Positions 9,803-18,534 of a stretch of 64,000 bases of DNA are shown in pieces. Every line of letters begins with the position of its first letter. Positions within the stretch are counted from its first letter, which is position 1. The stretch spans positions 8,896 to 72,895 of the forward strand of contig CALXBV010000029.1 of the NCBI GenBank assembly GCA_944386635.1, given 5' to 3'. The position numbers and the translations under genes were made by a program. Below the pieces are notes generated by a model, which saw only the letters and a list, made by a program, of their open reading frames with translations, searched no databases and had not been told where the DNA came from. This DNA comes from an uncultured Clostridia bacterium (GTDB lineage Bacteria > Bacillota > Clostridia > TANB77 > CAG-465).

Positions 9803-10692
9803 ATGGAAATAAAAAATAATAATAACTATAAAATAATAGTTAGAGGAGCTAAAGTACATAATTTAAAAAATATTGATATAGATATTCCTCTTGGAAAATT
9901 AGTAGCAATTGCAGGAGTATCTGGATCTGGTAAGTCTTCTTTAGCTTTAGGTACGTTATATGCAGAGGGTTTAAGAAGATATTTAGAAGCTTTATCTACA
10001 TATACAAGAAGAAGAATTACTCAGTCTGCAAGAGCAGATGTTGATATAATTAAGCATGTTCCGGCGGCTTTAGCACTTCATCAAAGGCCAGGAATTCCTA
10101 ATATAAGAAGTACTTTTAGTATTGTATATGAATTTTTAAATAGTTTAAGATTTCCAATTACTTGCCCAGATTGCGGAGGAACACGATATAATGTGTCAAC
10201 AGAAAAAATTATGTACCAAGTAGTTAATAATCAAAACTATTCAATAAAGTATATTAAGAGATTAACTATTAATGAGGCAGTTGATTTTTTTTAAAATGTG
10301 CCTAAAATAAGTTAGAAGTTTTAATTAATTTAGGATTAGGATATTTAACTTTAGGCGAAGATACACCAGCTTTGTCTGGAGGTGAAGCTCAAAGATTAAA
10401 ATTAGCATCAGAAATGGAAAAAATTCAAAATGATGCTGTATTTGTATTTGATGAGCCATCTATTGGTTTACATCCATTAGATGTTCAAGTTTTATTAAAA
10501 GTGTTTGATAATTTAGTATCTAAAGGAGCTACAGTAATTGTTATTGAACATGATTTGGATGTTATAAAAAATTCCGACTATTTAATTGATATGGGACCAG
10601 GTGGTGGAATTTTAGGAGGAAAGATAGTTGCAACTGGAACAAGAGAAGATATTAAAAACAATAAAAATAGTATTACTGGAAAATATTTATAA
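9803..10692 (+). pseudogene. Degraded UvrA-like mini-gene: N-terminal Walker A + zinc finger fragment (9803-10294) and signature/Walker B/H-loop fragment (10306-10692) in different frames
   Basis: Fragment a: [30 protein letters not shown] ... CPDCGG. Fragment b: [29 protein letters not shown] ... [12 protein letters not shown] ... IEHDLDVIK ... SITGKYL. Frame a ends at TAA just after a T8 run (10285-10292). Frame b opens only after a TAA at 10303, so a simple slip cannot join them. The full UvrB-binding/insertion domains and all of ATPase module II are absent. Confidence 0.65.
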
Positions 10693-10706
10693 AAGGAGGA
10701 AAATTA

Positions 10707-12035
10707 ATGCATCAAGTATCTATATTTGAAAGCTCTACAAATGAGCCTTTAGCATCAAGAATGAGACCAACAAAATTAAGTGAGTTTGTTGGTCAAACTC
10801 ATTTGATAGGTAAAAACAAAATATTAAGAAAAATAATTGAAAGTGATAATATCCCTTCAATGATATTTTGGGGACCTCCAGGAGTTGGAAAAACAACATT
10901 AGCTCGTATTATTGCTAATGAGACGAAATCTGAATTTATTACTTTCTCAGCGGTGACTTCTGGAATTAAAGAAATAAAAAAGGTGATGGAAGAAGCAGAA
11001 AACAATAAAAGAATGGGAGTAAGGACTATTGTATTTGTAGATGAGATTCATCGCTTTAATAAAGCCCAACAAGATGCTTTTTTACCATTTGTTGAAAAGG
11101 GATCTATTGTTTTAATAGGAGCTACAACCGAAAATCCATCTTTTGAAATTAATAATGCGTTACTTTCTAGATGCAGAGTATTTGTTTTAAAGGAATTATC
11201 TAGTGAAGATATTTTAGTATTATTAAAAAGAGCTATTCATGATGAAAGAGGCTTTGGTAAAGAGAAGGTGGATATATCTGAAGAAGATTTGAATATAATA
11301 GCTAATTTTGCAAATGGTGATGCTAGATCAGCCCTTACAACTTTAGATATGATAATTACTAATTCAGATATAAGTGAAGATGGTATCATAAAAGTAACTA
11401 AAGATGCGATTGAGGAATGTTTAACTAAAAAGACATTACTATATGATAAAAATGGAGAAGAGCATTATAATATAATTTCTGCTCTTCATAAATCAATGAG
11501 AAATAGTGATCCAGATGCAGCGGTTTATTGGCTAGCTAGAATGCTAGAAGCTGGAGAAGATCCAATTTATATTGCAAGAAGAATTACAAGATTTGCTTCT
11601 GAAGATATAGGGCTTGCCGATACAAATGCTTTAAATGTCGCAATTAATGTATATCATGCTTGTCATTTTATTGGAATGCCAGAGTGTAATGTTCATCTGG
11701 CAGAGGCAGTAATTTATATGTCTTTAGCACCAAAATCTAATGCCTGTGATGTTGCGTATAGACTTGCTAGTTCTGATGCTAAAAAAATGCTTGCCGAACC
11801 TGTACCATTGGTTATTAGAAATGCTCCTACTAAATTAATGAAAGAGCTTAATTATGGAAAGGGATACCAATTTGCTCATGATAGTAAAGACAAACTAACA
11901 ACTATGGAATGTCTACCACCATCTTTAATTGGAAAAACTTATTATAATCCAGGAACGCAAGGTAACGAAGTTCGTTTTAAACAACGACTAGAGCAAATAA
12001 AAGAATGGAAAAAATCACATAAACAAAGCAATTAG
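10707..12035 (+). CDS. rarA: RarA/MgsA AAA+ ATPase, paralogue 2
   Basis: Strong RBS AAAGGAGGAAAA. ASRMRPTKLSEFVGQTHL, GPPGVGKTT, VFVDEIHRFNK; clear paralogue of the 8422 gene. Confidence 0.88.
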   Translation: MHQVSIFESSTNEPLASRMRPTKLSEFVGQTHLIGKNKILRKIIESDNIPSMIFWGPPGVGKTTLARIIANETKSEFITFSAVTSGIKEIKKVMEEAENNKRMGVRTIVFVDEIHRFNKAQQDAFLPFVEKGSIVLIGATTENPSFEINNALLSRCRVFVLKELSSEDILVLLKRAIHDERGFGKEKVDISEEDLNIIANFANGDARSALTTLDMIITNSDISEDGIIKVTKDAIEECLTKKTLLYDKNGEEHYNIISALHKSMRNSDPDAAVYWLARMLEAGEDPIYIARRITRFASEDIGLADTNALNVAINVYHACHFIGMPECNVHLAEAVIYMSLAPKSNACDVAYRLASSDAKKMLAEPVPLVIRNAPTKLMKELNYGKGYQFAHDSKDKLTTMECLPPSLIGKTYYNPGTQGNEVRFKQRLEQIKEWKKSHKQSN

Positions 12036-12121
12036 AGATAAAAATATTAAGTAATTATAAAGATTAATATTAAATTGTTAATTAAAATATAAAAATTATC
12101 ATATAAAGCATTTAAAGAAAA

Positions 12122-12394
12122 ATGAAAATGAAATATAGAATCAAAGTTACAGTAATTGATAAAAAAATTATATCAAGAATTGCAAAAAATGTTGTGTTGT
12201 TCCAGAAGCAGGAGCTTGTCATTGTTATAAATGTAGGAGATTAATTTATTATTTAAAGATATGGTGACAAGGATGATGATTTTTGGCATATGGGACTAAA
12301 TGCATTAGTAAAAACAAATATAAATCCAGATACTGTTGCAGGAGAACTAAAAATGACATATTACTCAGAGGCTTGGAATGTAATAGCAAGATAA
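12122..12394 (+). pseudogene. Small conserved-family ORF (~90 codons, KVTVI...GDEFIIxR...DDFWHMG...EAWNVI) interrupted by two in-frame TAA codons
   Basis: A single frame reads MKMKYRIKVTVIDKK...INVGD*FII*RYGDKDDDFWHMGLNALVKTNINPDTVAGELKMTYYSEAWNVIAR*. Stops at 12242-12244 and 12254-12256 sit where Glu (GAA) is expected. Resembles a small clostridial protein family recalled from memory but not verified. Confidence 0.4.
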
Positions 12395-12695
12395 TATTGT
12401 ATGAAAATAAATCAAGTTTATATTCATATTTGCATATGTAATACTTTATTTATAGTTTATAAATTTGATTGATAATTAAACATTCTTATGGTACTATTAA
12501 AGAGTAATGGTATGTATTGGATAAAAAGTTAGTAAAAATTTTATTAAGCGTATTTATAATTATTGTTGTAAGAGAGGTCAATATTGAAATTAATTGGGAT
12601 AATGATTATGTAGAAATAATTCTAAGCAGAATATAGCAAAAGACTATATTTATAATTTAAGATTATATATAGTAGATTTTTAGGGGGAATAAAAG

Positions 12696-13013
12696 ATGAG
12701 TAATGCTAAGAACAAATATAATGTAATAACTTTATGTGGATCAATTAAATTCAAAAATGAATTCATGATAGTTCAAGAAAAACTTACATTAGAAGGAAAT
12801 ATAGTGCTTACACCAAATTTTTTTAATAATATAAAGCATGAAATGAGTTTAGAAACTAAAAAAATGTTAGGTGAAATGCATAGACAAAAAATAGATATGT
12901 CAGATGAAATTTATGTAATTAATTTTGGAGGATACATTGGAGAAAGTACAAAATCTGAAATCGAATACGCAAAGGAGAATGGTAAAAAAATTTCTTATTT
13001 AGAAAATATTTAA
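12696..13013 (+). CDS. Hypothetical 105-aa protein, possibly nucleoside 2-deoxyribosyltransferase-like fold (DUF4406-like)
   Basis: Strong RBS GGGGGAATAAAAG. The VITLCGS...IYVIN...GESTKSEIEYAKENGKKI pattern resembles the Rcl/DUF4406 family; this is a weak call. Confidence 0.35.
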   Translation: MSNAKNKYNVITLCGSIKFKNEFMIVQEKLTLEGNIVLTPNFFNNIKHEMSLETKKMLGEMHRQKIDMSDEIYVINFGGYIGESTKSEIEYAKENGKKISYLENI

Positions 13014-13226
13014 TAAAAAGTAATTTGTTAAGTAGTAAGTTAAGGTAGAAAAAATGATTTTGTATATAAAATGGCTCAAAGATATGGTAGAGATAGGTGT
13101 TGAGACTTTATTAGAAGAAAAGATCGTATATTTGTTGTTACAACAATGAGATCAAAAAAATAGAAAATAATGTTTTTTTATAATTTTAAAAATATTGGAA
13201 AATATTAATTTGAAAGTGAGTTTGTT

Positions 13227-13880
13227 ATGAAAAAGAAAATAGTAGTAATTATAGTTATTAGTTTATTAATTTTAGTTATCTTAATTATCTATTTACTATA
13301 TTTGTTAAATTATATACCACATAAAATGTATAGTAATGAATATTTTAATATTAAAACTTATACAAGTAATACAGATAAAGATAATGATGGTATTGATGAT
13401 CAAACGGATATTTTAACTAGTGTTCGAGAGTATATAGCAACAAATCCAAAATATAAAAGTAAGTATTATGCAGGCGGTTATCCAAATGATGAGTATGGCG
13501 TTTGTACTGACGTAGTTGCTTTTGGCTTGAAAGGTGCTGGATATGACTTAATGGAACTAGTAAATGATGATATTAAAAATAATAAAAATAATTATAATAT
13601 AGATATTATAGATAAAAATATTGATTTTAGAAGAGTACAAAATTTAAAAATATATTTTGAAAATAATGCTATTTCTCTTACAACTGACATTTATGATATT
13701 GAAAATTGGCAGGGAGGAGATATAGTAATTTTTCAAAATCATATTGGAATAATATCTGATAATAGAAATAAAAATGGTGTTGCTTTTGTTATTCATCATG
13801 CTAATCCATATCAAAAATATTATGAAGAAGATATTTTAGAGCTAAGAAATGATATTGTTGGACATTATAGAATAAGTTAG
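13227..13880 (+). CDS. DUF1287 domain protein with N-terminal signal anchor
   Basis: N-terminal TM (KKKIVVIIVISLLILVILIIYLL) followed by conserved DUF1287 motifs (GVCTDVVAFGLKGAGYDL ... GGDIVIF...HIGIISD...VIHH). Confidence 0.6.
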   Translation: MKKKIVVIIVISLLILVILIIYLLYLLNYIPHKMYSNEYFNIKTYTSNTDKDNDGIDDQTDILTSVREYIATNPKYKSKYYAGGYPNDEYGVCTDVVAFGLKGAGYDLMELVNDDIKNNKNNYNIDIIDKNIDFRRVQNLKIYFENNAISLTTDIYDIENWQGGDIVIFQNHIGIISDNRNKNGVAFVIHHANPYQKYYEEDILELRNDIVGHYRIS

Positions 13881-13910
13881 ATAAATATTGAATTTTTAAG
13901 GAGTGATGGT

Positions 13911-14534
13911 ATGAAAATTTTAATTTTAAATGGTAGTCCTAATATTAAAGGGTGTACAGCAAGAGCTTTAAAAGAGGTAGCAGATACTTTAAAAAATGAG
14001 GGGATAGAAACTGAAACTATTGATGTTGGTAATAAAGATATAAGAGGCTGTATATCTTGCAATTCTTGTACTAAAAAAGGTAAATGTGTATTTGATGATT
14101 TAGTAAATGAAATAGCACCTAAATTTGAAAAGGCAGATGGAATTATAGTTGGAACACCTGTATATTATGCGGGATCTAATGGAACAATAATTTCATTACT
14201 AGATAGATTATTTTATAGTACACATTTTGATAAAACAATGAAAGTTGGTGCAGCAGTTATATCTTCAAGAAGAGCTGGAAGTACATCAGCATTTGATGAA
14301 ATAAATAAATATTTTACAATAAGTAATATGCCAATAGTATCAAGTTCATATTGGAATGAAGTACATGGATTTGTAGCAGATGATGTTGAAAAAGATTTGG
14401 AAGGTTTGCAAACAATGAGAAATTTAGGAAGAAATATGGCTTTTATGATAAAGGCAATAAATCTTGGAAAAGAAAAATATGGACTTCCAAAAAATGAAAG
14501 AGGAATGTTTACTAGTTTTAATGATGGATTATAA
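13911..14534 (+). CDS. Iron-sulfur flavoprotein (Isf-like), NADPH-dependent FMN reductase fold with compact CX2CX2CX5C motif
   Basis: MKILILNGSPN... flavodoxin-like start and CISCNSCTKKGKC near residue 47. Confidence 0.7.
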   Translation: MKILILNGSPNIKGCTARALKEVADTLKNEGIETETIDVGNKDIRGCISCNSCTKKGKCVFDDLVNEIAPKFEKADGIIVGTPVYYAGSNGTIISLLDRLFYSTHFDKTMKVGAAVISSRRAGSTSAFDEINKYFTISNMPIVSSSYWNEVHGFVADDVEKDLEGLQTMRNLGRNMAFMIKAINLGKEKYGLPKNERGMFTSFNDGL

Positions 14535-14551
14535 TATATGGAGAGATATAT

Positions 14552-14758
14552 ATGAAAAAAAGTGATAAAAATGAAAAAAATAATAATGAAACAGAAAATT
14601 ATATGAATGATGGAATGCTATATGGAATGAGTGCTGGACTTATAATTGGATCAGTAATTGGTGTTATAATAGATAATATTGGCATTTGTATAAGTATAGG
14701 ATTATGTTTAGGATTATGTGTAGGTATGTTAATAAGCTCATTAATTAAAAAGCAATAA
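14552..14758 (+). CDS. Small Gly-rich membrane protein (68 aa)
   Basis: Single long hydrophobic Gly-rich segment; RBS present. Confidence 0.4.
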   Translation: MKKSDKNEKNNNETENYMNDGMLYGMSAGLIIGSVIGVIIDNIGICISIGLCLGLCVGMLISSLIKKQ

Positions 14759-14785
14759 AAACCATAACTTATTAGGAGGATAGCA

Positions 14786-15202
14786 ATGTTAAATATAGAA
14801 TATAAAAAAAATTTAAATGAAGATATTTATGATATGATAGATGATGAATTTAATAAATTTGCTACAAAAAATGATGTGATCTGTGATTATAAATCTTTTA
14901 ATTTTATAGCTAAAGAAAATAACAATATTATTGGAATAATAACAGGACATTCATATTATAATGAAGTTCATATAAGTGATCTTATTATACTTGAAGAGTA
15001 TCGTAACAAACATATTGGTACTAAACTCATAGAAGCAGTTGAAAATTATTTTAAAGATAAAGGATTTGAAAATATAAATTTAAGTACTTATGAATTTCAA
15101 GCACCTGAGTTTTATAAAAAGTGTGGATTTAAAGTTGAATTTGTAAGAGAAAATAAAAAAAATCCTAAACTTACTAAATATTTCTTGGTCAAATATTTTT
15201 AA
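14786..15202 (+). CDS. GNAT family N-acetyltransferase
   Basis: Acetyl-CoA-binding motif region RNKHIGTKLIEAVE...KGF; typical length. Confidence 0.65.
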   Translation: MLNIEYKKNLNEDIYDMIDDEFNKFATKNDVICDYKSFNFIAKENNNIIGIITGHSYYNEVHISDLIILEEYRNKHIGTKLIEAVENYFKDKGFENINLSTYEFQAPEFYKKCGFKVEFVRENKKNPKLTKYFLVKYF

Positions 15203-15236
15203 GTATTATATATAACTTAATGTTTACAGTTTTATT

Positions 15237-15272
15237 AAAGAGTAATTATGTAATTACTCTTTTTTTATTTTT
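15237..15272 (+). terminator. Intrinsic terminator after the GNAT gene
   Basis: Stem AAAGAGTAATTA / TAATTACTCTTT followed by TTTTTATTTTT. Confidence 0.7.
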
Positions 15273-15283
15273 ATAAAAAAATA

Positions 15284-15336
15284 TTGACACGATGTCAAAA
15301 ATGTGATATATAATAATTAGAACTGACACGATGTCA
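15284..15336 (+). promoter_or_regulatory. Promoter with two copies of a 13-bp palindromic operator, TGACACGATGTCA; likely TetR autoregulation site
   Basis: TTGACA at 15284-15289 overlaps palindrome copy 1 (15285-15297). TATAAT-like sequence at 15309-15314. Copy 2 is at 15324-15336, 40 bp before the tetR-family start. Confidence 0.6.
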
Positions 15337-15379
15337 AAAAATATAAATATTAAAAATAATAATTGAAAAGGAGGGAAAA

Positions 15380-15991
15380 ATGACAAAAAATATACTTGAT
15401 AAAAGAAAAGAAGAAATAATTAATGTATGTGAAAAACTTTATGAAAATAATAGTTTTAAAGATATAACAATAAAAAGTATAGGCGAAGAAACAACATTTT
15501 CTCGTACTTCAATATATAATTATTTTCAAACTAAAGAAGAAATTTTTCTTGCACTTTTAAAGAGAGAATATGAAAGATGGATAGATGATTTAAATGAAAT
15601 ATACGAGAAAAATTTCAATATTACAAAAGAAGAATTTGCAGATAAACTAGCAAATACAGTTTCTAAAAGAAAAAATTTATTAAAATTGCTTTCGATGAAT
15701 ATGTATGATATGGAAGAAAATAGCAGGATGGAAGAGTTAATTGAATTTAAAAAGTCGTATGGAAATGCAATAAAAATGGTAAGAAAATGTGTAGACAAGT
15801 TCTTTGGTGATATGAATGATGATAAAAAAGATGAATTTGTATTTTTATTTTTTCCATTAATGTATGGAATATATCCTTATGCAGAAGTAACACAAAAACA
15901 AAAAGAAGCTATGGAGGTTGCAGATGTACCATTTAAGTATTTATCTATATACGAAATTACATATAAAGGAATTTTAAAATTGTTAAATTAG
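15380..15991 (+). CDS. TetR/AcrR family transcriptional regulator
   Basis: N-terminal HTH region FKDITIKSIGEETTFSRTSIYNYFQTKEEIF. Confidence 0.8.
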   Translation: MTKNILDKRKEEIINVCEKLYENNSFKDITIKSIGEETTFSRTSIYNYFQTKEEIFLALLKREYERWIDDLNEIYEKNFNITKEEFADKLANTVSKRKNLLKLLSMNMYDMEENSRMEELIEFKKSYGNAIKMVRKCVDKFFGDMNDDKKDEFVFLFFPLMYGIYPYAEVTQKQKEAMEVADVPFKYLSIYEITYKGILKLLN

Positions 15992-16008
15992 AAATAAGAG
16001 GTGATTTT

Positions 16009-16542
16009 ATGAAAATAGTAATATTAACAGGAAGTTATAATTTACATGGAACATCAAATACATTAGTTGATGAGTTTATAAGAGGAGCGAAGGAAAATGA
16101 TAATGAGATTGTAAGATTTGATACAGCTCATTTAGATATACATCCTTGTATAGGTTGTAACCATTGTGGAATGGATGGAGATTGTGTATTTAAAGATGAT
16201 ATGGAAAAAATATTAGATGAGATAGAAGATGCAGATATGTTAGCATTTGCAACTCCTGTTTATTATTTTGCAATGACAGCTCCACTTAAAGCTGCAATAG
16301 ATAGATTTTATTCAAGAACTGTAAGAATAAGCAGCAAAAGACTAAAAACAGCATTTATTTTAACTTGTTGGAATACAGATAATTCCACAGTAGAGCCTTT
16401 GATAGTACATTATAAAAAGTTGGTAAGTTATATGCATTACAAAGATGAAGGGATGATCGTAGGAAAAGGTTGTGGAACAGTAGGTATGATGCCATCTCAT
16501 TTTTATAAAGAAGCCTATGAACTAGGAAAAAAGATTAAATAA
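16009..16542 (+). CDS. Iron-sulfur flavoprotein (Isf-like) paralogue
   Basis: MKIVILTGS... start and CIGCNHCGMDGDC (CX2CX2CX5C). Confidence 0.7.
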   Translation: MKIVILTGSYNLHGTSNTLVDEFIRGAKENDNEIVRFDTAHLDIHPCIGCNHCGMDGDCVFKDDMEKILDEIEDADMLAFATPVYYFAMTAPLKAAIDRFYSRTVRISSKRLKTAFILTCWNTDNSTVEPLIVHYKKLVSYMHYKDEGMIVGKGCGTVGMMPSHFYKEAYELGKKIK

Positions 16543-16624
16543 TTATAAGTGGGAATAAAATTAAAATAATTTATCTAATTATTAAGTAATGATTGATTAT
16601 AAAAAGTAGTAAAGGAGTATTTTT

Positions 16625-17293
16625 ATGAGCAAAGGATTTAGAATAGTACTAGATGTTAGCATGACCTGTTTTTTTATAATACTAATGGGATATTATGCAA
16701 CAGAAAATGAGGTACATGAAATATTAGGAACAATCACATTTATATTATTTATTATTCATAATATTTTAAATATAAAGTGGTATAAATCAATATTTAAAGG
16801 AAAGCATAATTTTCAAAGAACATTTCACATTTGTATTAATTTACTTTTGTTTGTTGCAATGCTGGGAATGATGGTAAGTGGAATTATGATCTCATCTGAT
16901 GTATTTGCGTTTTTAGATATTCCTACAACTATGTTTGGAAGAAGATTGCATATGTTATCAACATCATGGGGATTTGTTTTAATGGCAATTCATGTTGGAC
17001 TTCATATAACTGCATTAATGAATAAATTAAATGCAAAGATGAAAAATAGCACATTTGAATATATATATTACTTCATATTAATTCTTTTAGCGGGAATAGG
17101 AATATATTCGTTTGTAAATTTAAAAGTATGGGAAGATATGTTTTTAGTAAATGATTTTAAGTTTTTTGATTATGAACAGAGTCCAGTATTATTTTACTTG
17201 AAATATCTATCTGTATTAATTGTAATAGCGCTTGTTATTTATATTATTTTTTCTTTGGTAAGAAAAGTAAAAAATAAAAATATTAAAAATTAA
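16625..17293 (+). CDS. His-rich polytopic membrane protein (DUF4405-like; possible cytochrome-b-like redox partner)
   Basis: About five TM helices with conserved-looking intramembrane His residues (IIHNIL, FHICIN, LHMLSTSWG, AIHVGLH). Confidence 0.4.
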   Translation: MSKGFRIVLDVSMTCFFIILMGYYATENEVHEILGTITFILFIIHNILNIKWYKSIFKGKHNFQRTFHICINLLLFVAMLGMMVSGIMISSDVFAFLDIPTTMFGRRLHMLSTSWGFVLMAIHVGLHITALMNKLNAKMKNSTFEYIYYFILILLAGIGIYSFVNLKVWEDMFLVNDFKFFDYEQSPVLFYLKYLSVLIVIALVIYIIFSLVRKVKNKNIKN

Positions 17294-17306
17294 GGAGGTA
17301 AAGGTT

Positions 17307-18056
17307 ATGAATATTAGTAAAAAAGCAATGGAAAACTATCAAAAGTTATTTCCAGAAAAAAATCTAAATTATAATAATGATAAAGAATTAATTGAGATTG
17401 TATTAAATTTTAGCTTAGATGAGGCACAAGAATACGACCATTTAGATGACAAAACAAGACAAATTGTAATATTAGCTGCATCAATTGCAGTACAAACACC
17501 TAAAAGATATGAGACCTTTGTAGAAGCAGCATTAAATGTCGGAGTTACTCCAGTAGAGATTAAAGAAATACTATATCAAGCAATTCCTTATGTAGGAGTT
17601 TTAAAAGTATTAGATTTACTTGAGCCAACAAATAAAATATTTGAGAAAAGAGGAATTACTTTACCATTAGAAAAGCAAGGAACTACAACTAGAGAAAATC
17701 GTATGGAAAAAGGATTAGAAGTCCAAAAATCAATATTTGGGGATGTAATAGATAAAAATTATGAAAATTCGCCAAAAAATCAAGTACATATCCAAAGATT
17801 TTTATCAGATAACTGTTTTGGAGATTATTATACAAGAAACGGATTAGATGTTAAAACAAGAGAATTAGTTACATTTTCAATATTAATTTCACAAGGAGGC
17901 TGTGAACCACAAGTAAAAGGACATATAGCAGGAAATGTGAATGTCGGAAATGATAAGCAAACATTATTAAATACAGTAACAGCACTTCTTCCTTATATAG
18001 GATATCCAAGAAGTTTAAATGCTATTAGTTGTATTAATGAAGTAATACCAGATTAG
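17307..18056 (+). CDS. Carboxymuconolactone decarboxylase (CMD/AhpD-like) family protein, two CMD repeats
   Basis: Two AhpD-like helical repeats; the C-terminal repeat has a Cys in its CxxH-like region (GGCEPQVKGHI). Confidence 0.65.
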   Translation: MNISKKAMENYQKLFPEKNLNYNNDKELIEIVLNFSLDEAQEYDHLDDKTRQIVILAASIAVQTPKRYETFVEAALNVGVTPVEIKEILYQAIPYVGVLKVLDLLEPTNKIFEKRGITLPLEKQGTTTRENRMEKGLEVQKSIFGDVIDKNYENSPKNQVHIQRFLSDNCFGDYYTRNGLDVKTRELVTFSILISQGGCEPQVKGHIAGNVNVGNDKQTLLNTVTALLPYIGYPRSLNAISCINEVIPD

Positions 18057-18102
18057 ATAGTAATAAAATTAAAAATGTTAATAGAAAAGAGGAGGAATAT
18101 TT

Positions 18103-18528
18103 ATGAACGAGAAAGAATTTGAAAAAGTAAATGTATTTGGAAAGGGAAATTCAAATGATGCTTATGCGCAATATTTTATAGGAAAAAGTTATTTAAATCC
18201 ATTAGTGGACAATAACAGCTCATTATTTTTAGCAAATGTAACATTTGAACCAGGGTGTAGAAATAATTGGCATATTCATCATTCAATTAAAAATGGAGGA
18301 CAAATATTGATTTGTACTGCAGGATACGGTTGGTATCAAGAGGAAGGAAAAGAAGCAATAAGTTTAGAGCCAGGAAAAGTTATTGTAATTCCTGCAAATG
18401 TAAAACATTGGCATGGCGCAAAAAAAGATTCTTGGTTTTCTCATATTGCTATTGAGGTACCAGGAGAAGATACTTCAAATGAATGGTGTGAGCCAGTTTC
18501 AGACGAACAATATAATAAGTTAGGATAG
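18103..18528 (+). CDS. Cupin domain protein
   Basis: Cupin motifs G(x)5HxH (NWHIHHS) and PANVKHWHG; about 80% identical to the C-terminal half of the 37165 gene. Confidence 0.75.
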   Translation: MNEKEFEKVNVFGKGNSNDAYAQYFIGKSYLNPLVDNNSSLFLANVTFEPGCRNNWHIHHSIKNGGQILICTAGYGWYQEEGKEAISLEPGKVIVIPANVKHWHGAKKDSWFSHIAIEVPGEDTSNEWCEPVSDEQYNKLG

Positions 18529-18534
18529 GAGGAA

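Noticed and set aside
10285-10292. T8 homopolymer as a phase-variation switch that would restore an intact mini-UvrA
   Set aside because: Neither a -1 nor a +1 slip joins the two fragments. Frame b is closed by TAA at 10303 immediately upstream of the conserved GLGYLTL segment, so more than a slip is needed.
12163-12265. Alternative +1 frame giving a Cys-rich peptide (KKCCVVPEAGACHCYKCRRL) across the pseudogene
   Set aside because: The Cys codons arise from a GTT/GTG/TTG run read out of frame. The single-frame reading with two TAA codons explains both conserved halves more parsimoniously.
12505-12624. TTG-initiated 39-codon ORF resembling a signal anchor (MDKKLVKILLSVFIIIVVREV...)
   Set aside because: No RBS, a non-ATG start, and a short low-complexity product; possibly a gene remnant but not supportable as a feature.
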